Of a DNA stretch of 64,000 nt, positions 17,787 through 26,644 are shown one piece after another. This stretch comes from Bacteroidota bacterium (GTDB taxonomy: Bacteria; Bacteroidota; Ignavibacteria; UBA10030; SZUA-254). Position numbers and translations under genes: made by a program. The notes below the pieces were generated by a model, which saw only the letters and a program-made list of their open reading frames with translations, was not told where the DNA came from and did not search any database. How positions within the stretch are numbered: position 1 is the stretch's first letter; each line of letters opens with the position of its first letter. The stretch lies in contig DATDFQ010000041.1 in assembly GCA_036522515.1 (NCBI GenBank), positions 65,498-129,497 of the forward strand, in the 5' to 3' direction.

Positions 17787-18986
17787 TCACGTCACCGTGT
17801 ACGATTTGCCCTCGTGCCTCCGGTAGGCCTTCGTCCGAAGGATGTTTTCGATCGATTCCATGACGGCGAGAAGCTCCTCATCCGAATTGTAGAAATGAGG
17901 GGCGAGCCGGATCCCCGCCCCCCTGCGGTAGTCCACGATGATGTTCCGCCGGATCAGCTCGCGAGAGACGCCGTGCGCGTGCGGCACATGCACGGTCACG
18001 GTTCCTCCGCGCCGCTCCGGATCGAGAGGCGAACGGACGGCGAACCCGCGCCGTTCGGCCTCGCCGATGAGCAGGGCGGTCTGGCGCATCGATTTCCGGC
18101 GCACGTTTTCCATTCCCGCGCGGGCGATGATTCCCGGTCCGACCTGGGCGGCGGCGAGAGCGGAGATCGAGGGGGTTCCGTTCAGGAATTTTCCCGCGCC
18201 TCCGGTGTAGCGCATGGAGGTCTCAAACGCGAACGGATGGCGGTGCGCAAACCACCCGGTGACCGCCGGCTGGAGCTTTTTTCGAAGCGACGGACGCATC
18301 CAGAGGAAGGAGGCGCCGGGGCCGCCGCACAACCATTTTAAGACGCCCCCGACCAGCACATCGACGCCGAGCTGCCGGACATCGACCGGGATGATCCCCA
18401 CGGAATGGTAAGTGTCGAGAATGACGATCGCTCCGCAGGAGTGGGCCTTCCGCACCACGGCGCGGATATCCTGAATATAGGCACTCTTGAAGAGGACGTG
18501 GGAGATCGGGACGAGTTTGGTCCTCTCGTCGATCGCATCCAGCAGCTTTTCCGTCGGCACGGATATGCCGTCATCGGAGCGGACCACCCGGAGACGGGCT
18601 CCCAGCCGGCCAGCAAATTTCTGGTAAACATAGAGGTTGGATGGGAATTCCATGTCCGACATGACAACCCTGTTGCGGGTTCCCCGAAAGTCGAAACAGG
18701 AGATCAGGATCGCCTGGAGCAGTGAGATGTTCGCGTGCATGGAAAGTTCGCCGGGCCCGGCTCCGATGAGGGGCGCGATCGCATCTCCGGCGGCCAGAGG
18801 CATCTCCCACCACGAATCCGACCAGGCGCGAACCCCCCGTTTCGCCCATGCGTCGGCATACTCGCGGAGTTTCCGGTAGACCCCGCGCGGCATCGCGCCG
18901 AGTGAGTTGGAAATCAGGTAGGTTGAGGTCTCGAGAATGGGGAACTCCTTCCTCCATTCGAGGAGAGTGTCCCGCCTCCCGCTCAT
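17787..18986 (-). CDS. kynU: kynureninase (PLP-dependent)
   Basis: From ATG at 18986 (MSGRRDTLLEWRK...): YLISNSLG, VLKWLCGGPGASFLW. The 230-codon N-terminal extension in the track ORF overlaps the next gene and is rejected. Confidence 0.7.
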   Translation of the reverse strand: MSGRRDTLLEWRKEFPILETSTYLISNSLGAMPRGVYRKLREYADAWAKRGVRAWSDSWWEMPLAAGDAIAPLIGAGPGELSMHANISLLQAILISCFDFRGTRNRVVMSDMEFPSNLYVYQKFAGRLGARLRVVRSDDGISVPTEKLLDAIDERTKLVPISHVLFKSAYIQDIRAVVRKAHSCGAIVILDTYHSVGIIPVDVRQLGVDVLVGGVLKWLCGGPGASFLWMRPSLRKKLQPAVTGWFAHRHPFAFETSMRYTGGAGKFLNGTPSISALAAAQVGPGIIARAGMENVRRKSMRQTALLIGEAERRGFAVRSPLDPERRGGTVTVHVPHAHGVSRELIRRNIIVDYRRGAGIRLAPHFYNSDEELLAVMESIENILRTKAYRRHEGKSYTVT

Positions 18987-20305
18987 CGTTTCGATTCCCC
19001 GACGAGAGCGGAGTGGTCGAACAGCCTTCCCTGCTTGACAATCTGCCGGATCGAACGCGTGTTGCGTATGTCGTCGAGAGGGTTCTGGCCGAGGATGAGC
19101 AGGTCCGCCTCCCTGCCCGGTTCGATCGTCCCTTTCACTTCGCCTTCTCCCAGAAATTTCGCTCCGCGAGAGGTCGCGGAGACGATCGCTTCCATCGGCG
19201 TCATCCCCGCCTGAACCATGAATTCGAGTTCCAGATGAGCGCCGATGCCGGGGAACGCCCACATGTCGGTCCCCATCACGACATTCGCGTCTTGTTCCGC
19301 GAGCCGCTTCATGTTGTCGCGCAGGACGGGGAGGTGCGATCGTACGAATGAAATATTCGGATAGGTCGTGCGATAATGGTCGTAGTATTCCTCCCCCGTA
19401 TAGCGGCGGAGGGCGGCTTCGGGGAGCGCGTCGTGGAATCGGGCCTCCGAGAGAGTCGCGCTCATGAATCCTTTCGTATCGGCAAGAAACTCGAACACGC
19501 AAAAGGTGGGAATATAATAGAGGCCTCCCCGCACGATCTTCCCGATCGCGGCTGAGTCGAAGGGCGCATCGAGGATCCCATGCGCGAGGGCCGACACGCC
19601 CGCATCGACGGCGGCGAGAGCATCGTTTAGGTTCGGCGCGTGAACTTCGGAGACAAGCGTCGAAGCGCGCCCCTCTGCGATCAGCGCCCGCATGACGTCC
19701 TCCCGCATCCGCGTCAGTTTCGGAAGCGGGTCGCGGCACCAGCCCATATCATCATACATGAGCTTGATCCGCTTTATCCCTTTCGCCTTCGCTTTGCCGA
19801 CGAGCCCGCGCGCTTCCTCCGGAGCGCCGGGGAACCGGTTGATGGACGAGTCGATCGGAAACCCTTCTCCCCACCACCATCCGTGAACGGCGGTGAAGAT
19901 CGGCGCCGTGCCGTAGATGCGGGGCGCATGAACGGAATCCCCTGAAGTCATCCGCTCCATTTCCAGCGCCTGGTCCGTCGATTCGAACATGCAATTTGCC
20001 GAGGTCACCCCCCAGGCGATCAATTGCACGAGATCCCGGGGGGAGTCGTAGTGGATGTGGCAATCGATGAGACCGGGAATGACGAATGTTCCCCTCCCGT
20101 CTATCACCCGTGCGCCTTCCGGCACGGGAACCTCTCCTTTGCGCCCTGCGGCCTCGATCTTGCGGCCCCGGAGCACAATGACGGAGTTCCCGAGGGGCGG
20201 ACCCCCTTTGCCGTCGATCAGCGTCGCGCCGTCGATGACGGCGGGGCTTTGGGAACGTGCGGAGACGGCGCTCATCAGCAACATCATACAGAGAAAGTTC
20301 CTCAT
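18983..20305 (-). CDS. secreted amidohydrolase-family metal-dependent hydrolase
   Basis: Signal peptide; PGLIDCHIHY metal-binding motif. Confidence 0.6.
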   Translation of the reverse strand: MRNFLCMMLLMSAVSARSQSPAVIDGATLIDGKGGPPLGNSVIVLRGRKIEAAGRKGEVPVPEGARVIDGRGTFVIPGLIDCHIHYDSPRDLVQLIAWGVTSANCMFESTDQALEMERMTSGDSVHAPRIYGTAPIFTAVHGWWWGEGFPIDSSINRFPGAPEEARGLVGKAKAKGIKRIKLMYDDMGWCRDPLPKLTRMREDVMRALIAEGRASTLVSEVHAPNLNDALAAVDAGVSALAHGILDAPFDSAAIGKIVRGGLYYIPTFCVFEFLADTKGFMSATLSEARFHDALPEAALRRYTGEEYYDHYRTTYPNISFVRSHLPVLRDNMKRLAEQDANVVMGTDMWAFPGIGAHLELEFMVQAGMTPMEAIVSATSRGAKFLGEGEVKGTIEPGREADLLILGQNPLDDIRNTRSIRQIVKQGRLFDHSALVGESKR

Positions 20306-20314
20306 GGGAAACGC

Positions 20315-21445
20315 CTAGGTTGATTGGAAACGGCCGGTGAGGTTCGCCGTTTGCATCATGGCATGGAACGGGGCGCTTGCTCCCCGGCGCTTTGCGATCA
20401 GTTCCGCAACCACGCTGATCCCGATTTCTTCCGCCGTGACGGCCCCGAGATCGATGCCCATCGGGGCATGGACCCGCTCGAGCTCCTGCGGCGAAACTCC
20501 GCGCTCGACCAGATGCTCGAACGTCGCGAGCACCTTCCGCTTGCTGCCGATCATTCCGATGTAGCGGGCAGGCGTGCCGATTGCCGCGCCGAGGACCGCC
20601 TCGTCGTGGCGGTGGCCTCTGGTGACGATCACGATGTAGGTGGAGGGCTTGACCGCGATCTTCTGAAACGCTTCAAGAAAATCGGATGCAAGGACCCGGC
20701 TCGCCTCCGGAAATCTCTCCCTGTTCGCGAATTTATCGCGGTCGTCGATGATCGTGACGCGGAACCCGGCCATGGCTGCGGTCCGGGAAATATATTTCGA
20801 CACATGCCCCCCTCCGAAAATCAGGAGGCCCGGCGCCCCGGCGACCGGTTCCAGAATGATCGCGCCTTCCCCTGTCGGGACCTTGACCGTTTCACTCCGT
20901 TTTTGAACCCTGGGTATCGCTTCGAGGAGGGAGGTCCAACCATCGGCGTCGCGGGAACGGTCGATCCACCCCAAAACCCTGATCGCGGCCTCGCTCTCCT
21001 CGACCGGTTTTCCCGGGCCGCCGGTGAGGATGGCCTTCTCCCGGATCTCTCCGGTTGCGCCCAGCCAGGTCGCGAGGATGCAATCTTCGCCTTCATCCCG
21101 GATCTGTTTCAGCTTCTCGAAGAGCGGTATCCGCTCTCTTGAAACCGGTTCGATCAGGACGTCGAGGCTCCCTCCGCAAATCAAGCCGTGCTCGAGGTCG
21201 TCTTCGTCGAGACTGAACGTCAGGATCTCCGCCCTGTTCTTCGGGAGCAACCGGCCGGCGTGAAGCAGAACATCCCCTTCGGTGCAGCCGCCGCCCACGG
21301 TCCCGAGCGAAACGACTCCCCCCTGCTTCACGAGCATCTTAGAGAGCGCGGCCGCCGGAGTCGAACCGGTCGTCGAGATGATCGTGGCAAGCATGACCCG
21401 CTCTTCCGCCCGGAGAGCGGAGATTATTTCTTCAAAGAGATCCAT
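20315..21445 (-). CDS. xdhC: XdhC/CoxI-family xanthine dehydrogenase maturation factor
   Basis: XdhC_CoxI N-domain plus Rossmann-like C-domain (LLIFGGGHVSKY). Confidence 0.75.
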   Translation of the reverse strand: MDLFEEIISALRAEERVMLATIISTTGSTPAAALSKMLVKQGGVVSLGTVGGGCTEGDVLLHAGRLLPKNRAEILTFSLDEDDLEHGLICGGSLDVLIEPVSRERIPLFEKLKQIRDEGEDCILATWLGATGEIREKAILTGGPGKPVEESEAAIRVLGWIDRSRDADGWTSLLEAIPRVQKRSETVKVPTGEGAIILEPVAGAPGLLIFGGGHVSKYISRTAAMAGFRVTIIDDRDKFANRERFPEASRVLASDFLEAFQKIAVKPSTYIVIVTRGHRHDEAVLGAAIGTPARYIGMIGSKRKVLATFEHLVERGVSPQELERVHAPMGIDLGAVTAEEIGISVVAELIAKRRGASAPFHAMMQTANLTGRFQST

Positions 21446-21489
21446 GAGAATTCAAATTCGAGGTGCAGCGCGAAGAGGCGCCGAGGCGA

Positions 21490-21930
21490 TTATTTTCCGA
21501 TGTCTTCATCCCACAACCGGGGGTGTTCCTTCATAAACCCCTTCATCATCTCAACACATTCATCCAGATCGAGGTTCGTGACGGCGACACCGTGTTCGCG
21601 CATGAATTCCGGTGCGCCGGGAAAGGTCCTTGCTTCGCCGGCGATGAGACGGGGAATGTTGAACTGCACGACCGCGCCCGCGCAGAGATAGCACGGCATC
21701 AGGGTCGAATAAAGAACCGTGTCGTGGTAGGTCCCCACTCTCCCGGCGTTCATGAGGCAGTCGATCTCCGCGTGTTTCATCGGGTTTCCCTCCTGGACCC
21801 GCCGGTTATGTCCGCGGCCGATGATCTTCCCGGCCCGGACCAGGACCGAACCGATGGGGATTCCCCCTTCGGCGGAGCCCTTCCTTGCCTCGTCGATCGC
21901 CGCCTGCATGAACTCGTCCATCCCGGTCAT
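21490..21930 (-). CDS. CDA-fold nucleobase deaminase (FCY1/B. subtilis GuaD-like); guanine deaminase by context
   Basis: HAEIDCLMNAG ... PCYLCAGAV zinc motifs; C-terminal end resembles yeast cytosine deaminase (..RPQDWFEDIGE). Confidence 0.6.
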   Translation of the reverse strand: MTGMDEFMQAAIDEARKGSAEGGIPIGSVLVRAGKIIGRGHNRRVQEGNPMKHAEIDCLMNAGRVGTYHDTVLYSTLMPCYLCAGAVVQFNIPRLIAGEARTFPGAPEFMREHGVAVTNLDLDECVEMMKGFMKEHPRLWDEDIGK

Positions 21931-22757
21931 GCCTTTCGTATGATTTTCGCGGCGCCCCAGCCCACAAGGATCAGGACGGACAGGATCACCCAGTTCAGGG
22001 AATCGCCGTAGGATGTCACCGGGTAGTGGTTGCTGATCATGATAAAGACCACCGGAACCGCCATGAACGTGTTATGCTTCGAGCGCATCTTGGCGCGCTC
22101 CGCAAGCGTCATATCGGGTGGATTTCCCTCCTTGAGAGCCGCGACCATCTTGCGCTGCGCGGGGAGAATCCGGATCCAGACATTGGCGGTCATCAGCGTG
22201 CCGAGCATCGCTCCCACGTGCATGTAGGCCGCGCGGCCGTCCATGAGGCGTGTCAGCGTAAAGATCACCCCTACGAGCAGCGCATACGAAATCGCGGCGC
22301 AGGCTGCCTCATTCCGCGAGAGCTTCGATTTCCAGAGCGCGTCGTAGATGTGCCACGGAACGATGATCGCGGCGATCCCGGCGATGATCGGAACCGTCGA
22401 TTCCATGTTCTCGTTCAGCATCAGGCCGCCGTTGTAATAAACGAGAAACAGGAGCACCACACCGCTCATCCACGTGATCGCGGCCTCCCAGCGGAACCAG
22501 TGGAGCGTGCGGGGAAGGAACTGGGGAGTTTTTTGTTTTCCGACGAGATAGAACCCGCCGCTGTGGACCATCCAGACTTTGTCATCCCCGTCTTTCGGCG
22601 GCGCCGCGCCCGTCATTTCGCCCGTCATTTCGGTAAAGCGGCCGTCGAGCCAGGTGAAAAAGTATGTCTGTCCGACCCACATGATGCCGGCGAACACATG
22701 GATCCACCTCGCGGCCAGATTCAGCCACTCCAGAATGGTACCGTAGAGATCTTCCAT
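21927..22757 (-). CDS. DUF989-type integral membrane protein, homolog of the membrane domain of urate hydroxylase PuuD (no cytochrome c domain)
   Basis: About 7 TM helices with conserved His (HVFAGIMWVGQTYFF, HWFRWEAAITW); sits between the HIU hydrolase and deaminase genes in the purine operon. Confidence 0.45.
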   Translation of the reverse strand: MEDLYGTILEWLNLAARWIHVFAGIMWVGQTYFFTWLDGRFTEMTGEMTGAAPPKDGDDKVWMVHSGGFYLVGKQKTPQFLPRTLHWFRWEAAITWMSGVVLLFLVYYNGGLMLNENMESTVPIIAGIAAIIVPWHIYDALWKSKLSRNEAACAAISYALLVGVIFTLTRLMDGRAAYMHVGAMLGTLMTANVWIRILPAQRKMVAALKEGNPPDMTLAERAKMRSKHNTFMAVPVVFIMISNHYPVTSYGDSLNWVILSVLILVGWGAAKIIRKA

Positions 22758-22784
22758 CGTTTCAGCCTGCGTGAGATGAGTTGT

Positions 22785-23132
22785 TCAGCTTCCCCGGTAC
22801 GTTGAGTATCCGTAGGGGCTCAGCAAAAGCGGAATATGGTAGTGCGACGAGGGCTCCTTCACTTCGAATACGACATAGACGAACGGATAGAGCCCTTCCG
22901 ATCCGACCGAGCGGAAATAGGATTCCGTGAGAAACGTGAGCCGGTAGGTGCCGGCGGCGATCCGGGTTTCTTCGGAGAGAAGGTCCGGAATCCGGCCGTC
23001 GGTGTTCGTCTCCCCCCTGCCGAGCTCCTTCCATTCCTTCGCCGCCGTGAACATTTCAAGAACCGCCTTGAGCGCGACCGCCGGCTTTCCGCGAGCGACG
23101 TCGAGAACGTGCGTGGTAATCTGACTCTTCAT
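22785..23132 (-). CDS. 5-hydroxyisourate hydrolase (transthyretin-like)
   Basis: 115 aa, HVLDVARGKPA ... C-terminal YRGS signature. Confidence 0.8.
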   Translation of the reverse strand: MKSQITTHVLDVARGKPAVALKAVLEMFTAAKEWKELGRGETNTDGRIPDLLSEETRIAAGTYRLTFLTESYFRSVGSEGLYPFVYVVFEVKEPSSHYHIPLLLSPYGYSTYRGS

Positions 23133-24523
23133 GCCTTTCCCTCCCTGTCCCGGTGGCCCGCTGGTATCTGTGCGCTCTTCTTCCTGTTTGCGAGAATCCT
23201 GACAAAAGACCGGCCCCGGATTTCCTCGAGGCTGAGGCCCGTCGCCCGCGCTTCATCCTCCGTGATCGCGCCGCAATTGATCCCGCGCAAAAAATAGTTC
23301 AACAAGCCCTGGCCTGTCGCCGCGTCGTCGAATACTTCCCCGATCAGGCTCGCCTGGGCCGCCTTCTCGACGAATGTCTTGAGACGGAGCGACGCCGCAT
23401 CGAGCCCCTCGAAGAAGAAACGATAGACCGCGGCATACCGGATCGGGAACTGGGCGGGGTGCAAATCCCATCCCTGATAATATCCGTGCTTCAGGGAGTG
23501 CATGATATGGGAATATCCCAGACGCCACGCGCGGTGGACGGTTTCCCTGTTCTCCTTCGCCTGTTTCGCGGAGAGGGCCTTGCCGGCCGCCGGCCTGTTC
23601 GGCCCGACAGGCATCACGTTCGTCGCGCCGTCGGAAATCCAGATCCCCGTCCCCGCCAGCGAAACCTTCATCACATGGCGCGCAAAATCGCACGCGGGGT
23701 GATCCATGGTCTGATACGCGGCCGTGATATTGCAGGACGCCGTGTAATCGTAGACGCCGAAATGCGCCGCGACACATCTCCCCTTCGCGGCCGCGATGAG
23801 CGCGGGCAACGCGCACTCTCCCCGCGAGTTCAGGATCGACTGGGGAGTCTCGACCATGATCTCGAGTTTGAGGCTCCCTCGTTCCATTGAAAGTTTCGAT
23901 TCCAGCGCTTCAAAGAGGTCCACGAGCGCGGAGACCTGTTCCGGGAGGACGACCTTGGGGAGCGTCACCACAAAATTAGACGGCAGGCGCCCGCCGCTCC
24001 GGGTCGCGAGCGTCGAGACGAAGATATCGAGCGTCCGGATGCTTCGTTCCTTCAGCTCTTCGGTGAACGGCTTCAGACGGATCCCGATGAACGGCGGGAG
24101 CACATTCTCCCGCATCCCCAGGGCCACTTCGGCGGCCGTCGATTCGGCGTGTCCGTCTTCCTCGGTATCGGGGCGATTCCCGTAACCGTCCTCAAAATCG
24201 ATACGGAAATCCTCGACCGGCTCGCGCTTGAGCTTCTCAACGATCCGGTTGTAGAGAATCTTCTGTTGCGCAGGGGTTCCCTTCAACCGGAGGGCCTTCG
24301 AAAAGGCTGCCGCGGTCGGCGCATATTCCTGGAGCAAACGGAGCGCGACCGCACCGAGCTTGCGGGCGGAATCGGCCTTGAAGAGCTGTGCGCCCCCGTA
24401 GACCGTCTGGACCGGCTGGCGCGCGTCCGACTCGCCCGGGTAGAGCTTGTTGAAGGCGGTATTCGCGTCGAGGAGAGTTGCCCCGATATGCTTAACGAGT
24501 TCCTGGCTCAACGACATTTTCAC
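23129..24523 (-). CDS. hypothetical protein, possibly HpcH/CitE-like aldolase/lyase TIM-barrel
   Basis: 464 aa embedded in the purine operon; weak resemblance to the citrate-lyase beta / malyl-CoA lyase fold (FRIDFEDGYG, EIMVETPQSI, AHFGVYDYTAS); function not assignable from sequence alone. Confidence 0.3.
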   Translation of the reverse strand: MKMSLSQELVKHIGATLLDANTAFNKLYPGESDARQPVQTVYGGAQLFKADSARKLGAVALRLLQEYAPTAAAFSKALRLKGTPAQQKILYNRIVEKLKREPVEDFRIDFEDGYGNRPDTEEDGHAESTAAEVALGMRENVLPPFIGIRLKPFTEELKERSIRTLDIFVSTLATRSGGRLPSNFVVTLPKVVLPEQVSALVDLFEALESKLSMERGSLKLEIMVETPQSILNSRGECALPALIAAAKGRCVAAHFGVYDYTASCNITAAYQTMDHPACDFARHVMKVSLAGTGIWISDGATNVMPVGPNRPAAGKALSAKQAKENRETVHRAWRLGYSHIMHSLKHGYYQGWDLHPAQFPIRYAAVYRFFFEGLDAASLRLKTFVEKAAQASLIGEVFDDAATGQGLLNYFLRGINCGAITEDEARATGLSLEEIRGRSFVRILANRKKSAQIPAGHRDREGKA

Positions 24524-25087
24524 TTACCGTACCCCGGCTGATTGTTCATCGCAGGCAGTATACACTATTCGTGGTTCTTTAATTCGAAAACCAATCTGCC
24601 GTTTCGGCTTTTCTGCCGGCACCATCAGCCGACGAATCGCCTCGAAGACGATCCTGAACTGTTCGTCATGCCTTTTTTCCAATCCATCAAGCTTGCGGGC
24701 AAGCTCAGCATTGCTGGCGAGGATTTCGCGAAGGGCGACGAAAGCACGCATGATTTCAACATTGACCCGAATGGCTCGTTTGCTCTTTAGTACACTCGAG
24801 AGCATCGCGACACCTTGTTCAGTGAAAACGAAGGGCCGGTATCGTCGGCCACCCCACTGGGAACGGCTTGAGGTACCAAAATGGTACCTCAAACTTTGCC
24901 ACTCCTCAACTGAGATCTGAAAGCAGAAATCGGTCGGAAATCTCTCTGCATTACGTCTCACAGCGCGATTGATCGCCTTTGTTTCCACGTCGTACAACTC
25001 AGCCAGGTGAAAATCCAACATCACCTTGGCACCGCGAATCAAAACGATTCGTTTTTCAATGATTTCCCTCGGAATGGTATTATCCAT
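24524..25087 (-). CDS. ORF6N-domain (KilA-N / antirepressor-like) protein
   Basis: [51 protein letters not shown] is typical of the ORF6N domain. Local GC is about 48% versus about 62% in flanks. The gene fills the gap between the purine genes with 1-5 bp spacers. Confidence 0.65.
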   Translation of the reverse strand: MDNTIPREIIEKRIVLIRGAKVMLDFHLAELYDVETKAINRAVRRNAERFPTDFCFQISVEEWQSLRYHFGTSSRSQWGGRRYRPFVFTEQGVAMLSSVLKSKRAIRVNVEIMRAFVALREILASNAELARKLDGLEKRHDEQFRIVFEAIRRLMVPAEKPKRQIGFRIKEPRIVYTACDEQSAGVR

Positions 25088-25091
25088 TTTT

Positions 25092-25601
25092 CTAGCTCAG
25101 CTCACAGAGTTTGTCCAACCTCAGTCTTGTGATCTTCGACTGTTCGTCCGCCGCGATCCGTATCTCGGTTCCCGGATCGTTGCCGATCCGTTCCTCGATC
25201 AGGTCCAGCATCTCCGCGGCGCTTTTTCCTGTGGCGCAAACAATGAAAATATAACCAAATTTCTTTTCATAGGTATGGTTTTTAGCGGCGAGTGACTGCA
25301 ACACCTCATCGGTGGCCTGGGCGACACCGGATTGCTCTTTTGAGGCCCATTCTGCGGTTGCCGCGAATTTTTCCCTCAGCTTCCCGACATCTCCGATCCT
25401 GGGATGATGTGAAAAAGCCTCCTTCCAATCTTCGTGGGAGAGGCCGTTCCAGCATTCCTCCGCGCGTGTGAGCAATAGTTCCATCGACGGAAAGGGGCGG
25501 CGCGCCGCCATCAGCTCCGCCCACCTGTGCGATCCACAGCAGCGGAGAAATTCACCGCGGGCCTCATCGGATGGAAGAGCGTTGAGGGAGTCGAGAGTCA
25601 T
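25092..25601 (-). CDS. uraD: OHCU decarboxylase (2-oxo-4-hydroxy-4-carboxy-5-ureidoimidazoline decarboxylase)
   Basis: 169 aa; [20 protein letters not shown] ... HPRIG motifs. Confidence 0.8.
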   Translation of the reverse strand: MTLDSLNALPSDEARGEFLRCCGSHRWAELMAARRPFPSMELLLTRAEECWNGLSHEDWKEAFSHHPRIGDVGKLREKFAATAEWASKEQSGVAQATDEVLQSLAAKNHTYEKKFGYIFIVCATGKSAAEMLDLIEERIGNDPGTEIRIAADEQSKITRLRLDKLCELS

Positions 25602-25609
25602 CGATTTGA

Positions 25610-26644
25610 TCAGGCCTGCTTGAGCTTTCCCCAGACTCTCAACCGCCCGACGCCGCCGTCCGGATGGATGTTGAGACGGATATGCGTGACCGCGTCCATC
25701 GCCCTAAGTTCCTTTTCGAAGACGTGTTTCGTATCGGCCGCGAGTTTGGTGACGGGGAGGAGTTCCTTCCACTCGGCCAGGAGCCCCGCGGCGTCCGCAT
25801 TCGATGACGCCGACGCGGCTTTCGAGTGACAGGCGTCGATGGAACATGTGTCGGGGTAATTTCCCTTGAAGTGAGTCGTGTCGACTTCCACCTTCACCAC
25901 CGTGCCCGGAGCGCCGAGACGGATAATGATCCAATCGTGGCCGGGTCCGCGCCTCCTCTTCGTTTCCCATCCGTCACCCATGTTGACCGGAGGGCCGGGC
26001 ATGATGAGGTTGTTCATCGAGCTGAAAAACATGTCGCTGCACGAGAGGGCCGCACCGCCATTTTCTATCGCCGCGAGATCGACGAGCGTACCCGGGCGAA
26101 CGCGCGACCAGTCGGGTACGACATTTCCGTAGAGCCGCAACCGCGCGACGCCTCCGTCCGGAAAAATCTTGAGCAGGGCGTGGGTCCAGGGCCTGGTATC
26201 GGTCACATCGAAGAGGTTCTGTGAGCCCGGGTTAAGGGGCGACTGCGGGATGATATTGACCCAGGGAGATTCCTGCGCCGTCTCGGGATCAAACGGTGAG
26301 TTTATTTCCCTGCGCACCGCGTCGAGAGAAGCCTGGGGCGGGTGGTTTCCGAGAAAATGATTTGTGTCGATGTCGACTTTTCGTATGATCCCGGAGAGCC
26401 CGAGCTGAACGACGCACCAGTCGAATCCGGGAGTCCTCCTGCGGCGCGTCTCCCACCCGTCCATCCATTTTCCACGATCCGTGTATTTGTCGGGAATAAA
26501 GACGCCCCGCCCCGCCTTTATCAGATTCTCCTTCGGGGCAAAGAATTCGTCGTTCGCCATCAACACCTTTCCGCCCAGGCGTTCTGAGGCGAGATCGACC
26601 AGCCCGGCGGGGGTCCCTATGTCATTGGTTGCTGTCGCAGTCAT
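25610..26644 (-). CDS. alc: allantoicase
   Basis: Two allantoicase repeats (DGWETRRRR; DGWETKRRRGPGHDW). Confidence 0.85.
   Translation of the reverse strand: MTATATNDIGTPAGLVDLASERLGGKVLMANDEFFAPKENLIKAGRGVFIPDKYTDRGKWMDGWETRRRRTPGFDWCVVQLGLSGIIRKVDIDTNHFLGNHPPQASLDAVRREINSPFDPETAQESPWVNIIPQSPLNPGSQNLFDVTDTRPWTHALLKIFPDGGVARLRLYGNVVPDWSRVRPGTLVDLAAIENGGAALSCSDMFFSSMNNLIMPGPPVNMGDGWETKRRRGPGHDWIIIRLGAPGTVVKVEVDTTHFKGNYPDTCSIDACHSKAASASSNADAAGLLAEWKELLPVTKLAADTKHVFEKELRAMDAVTHIRLNIHPDGGVGRLRVWGKLKQA

Noticed and set aside
17787-19739. 650-aa track ORF
   Set aside because: Only the C-terminal about 400 aa (from ATG 18986) is kynureninase. The N-terminal 230 codons are Arg/Pro/Gly-rich and overlap the real amidohydrolase gene 18983..20305 in another frame.
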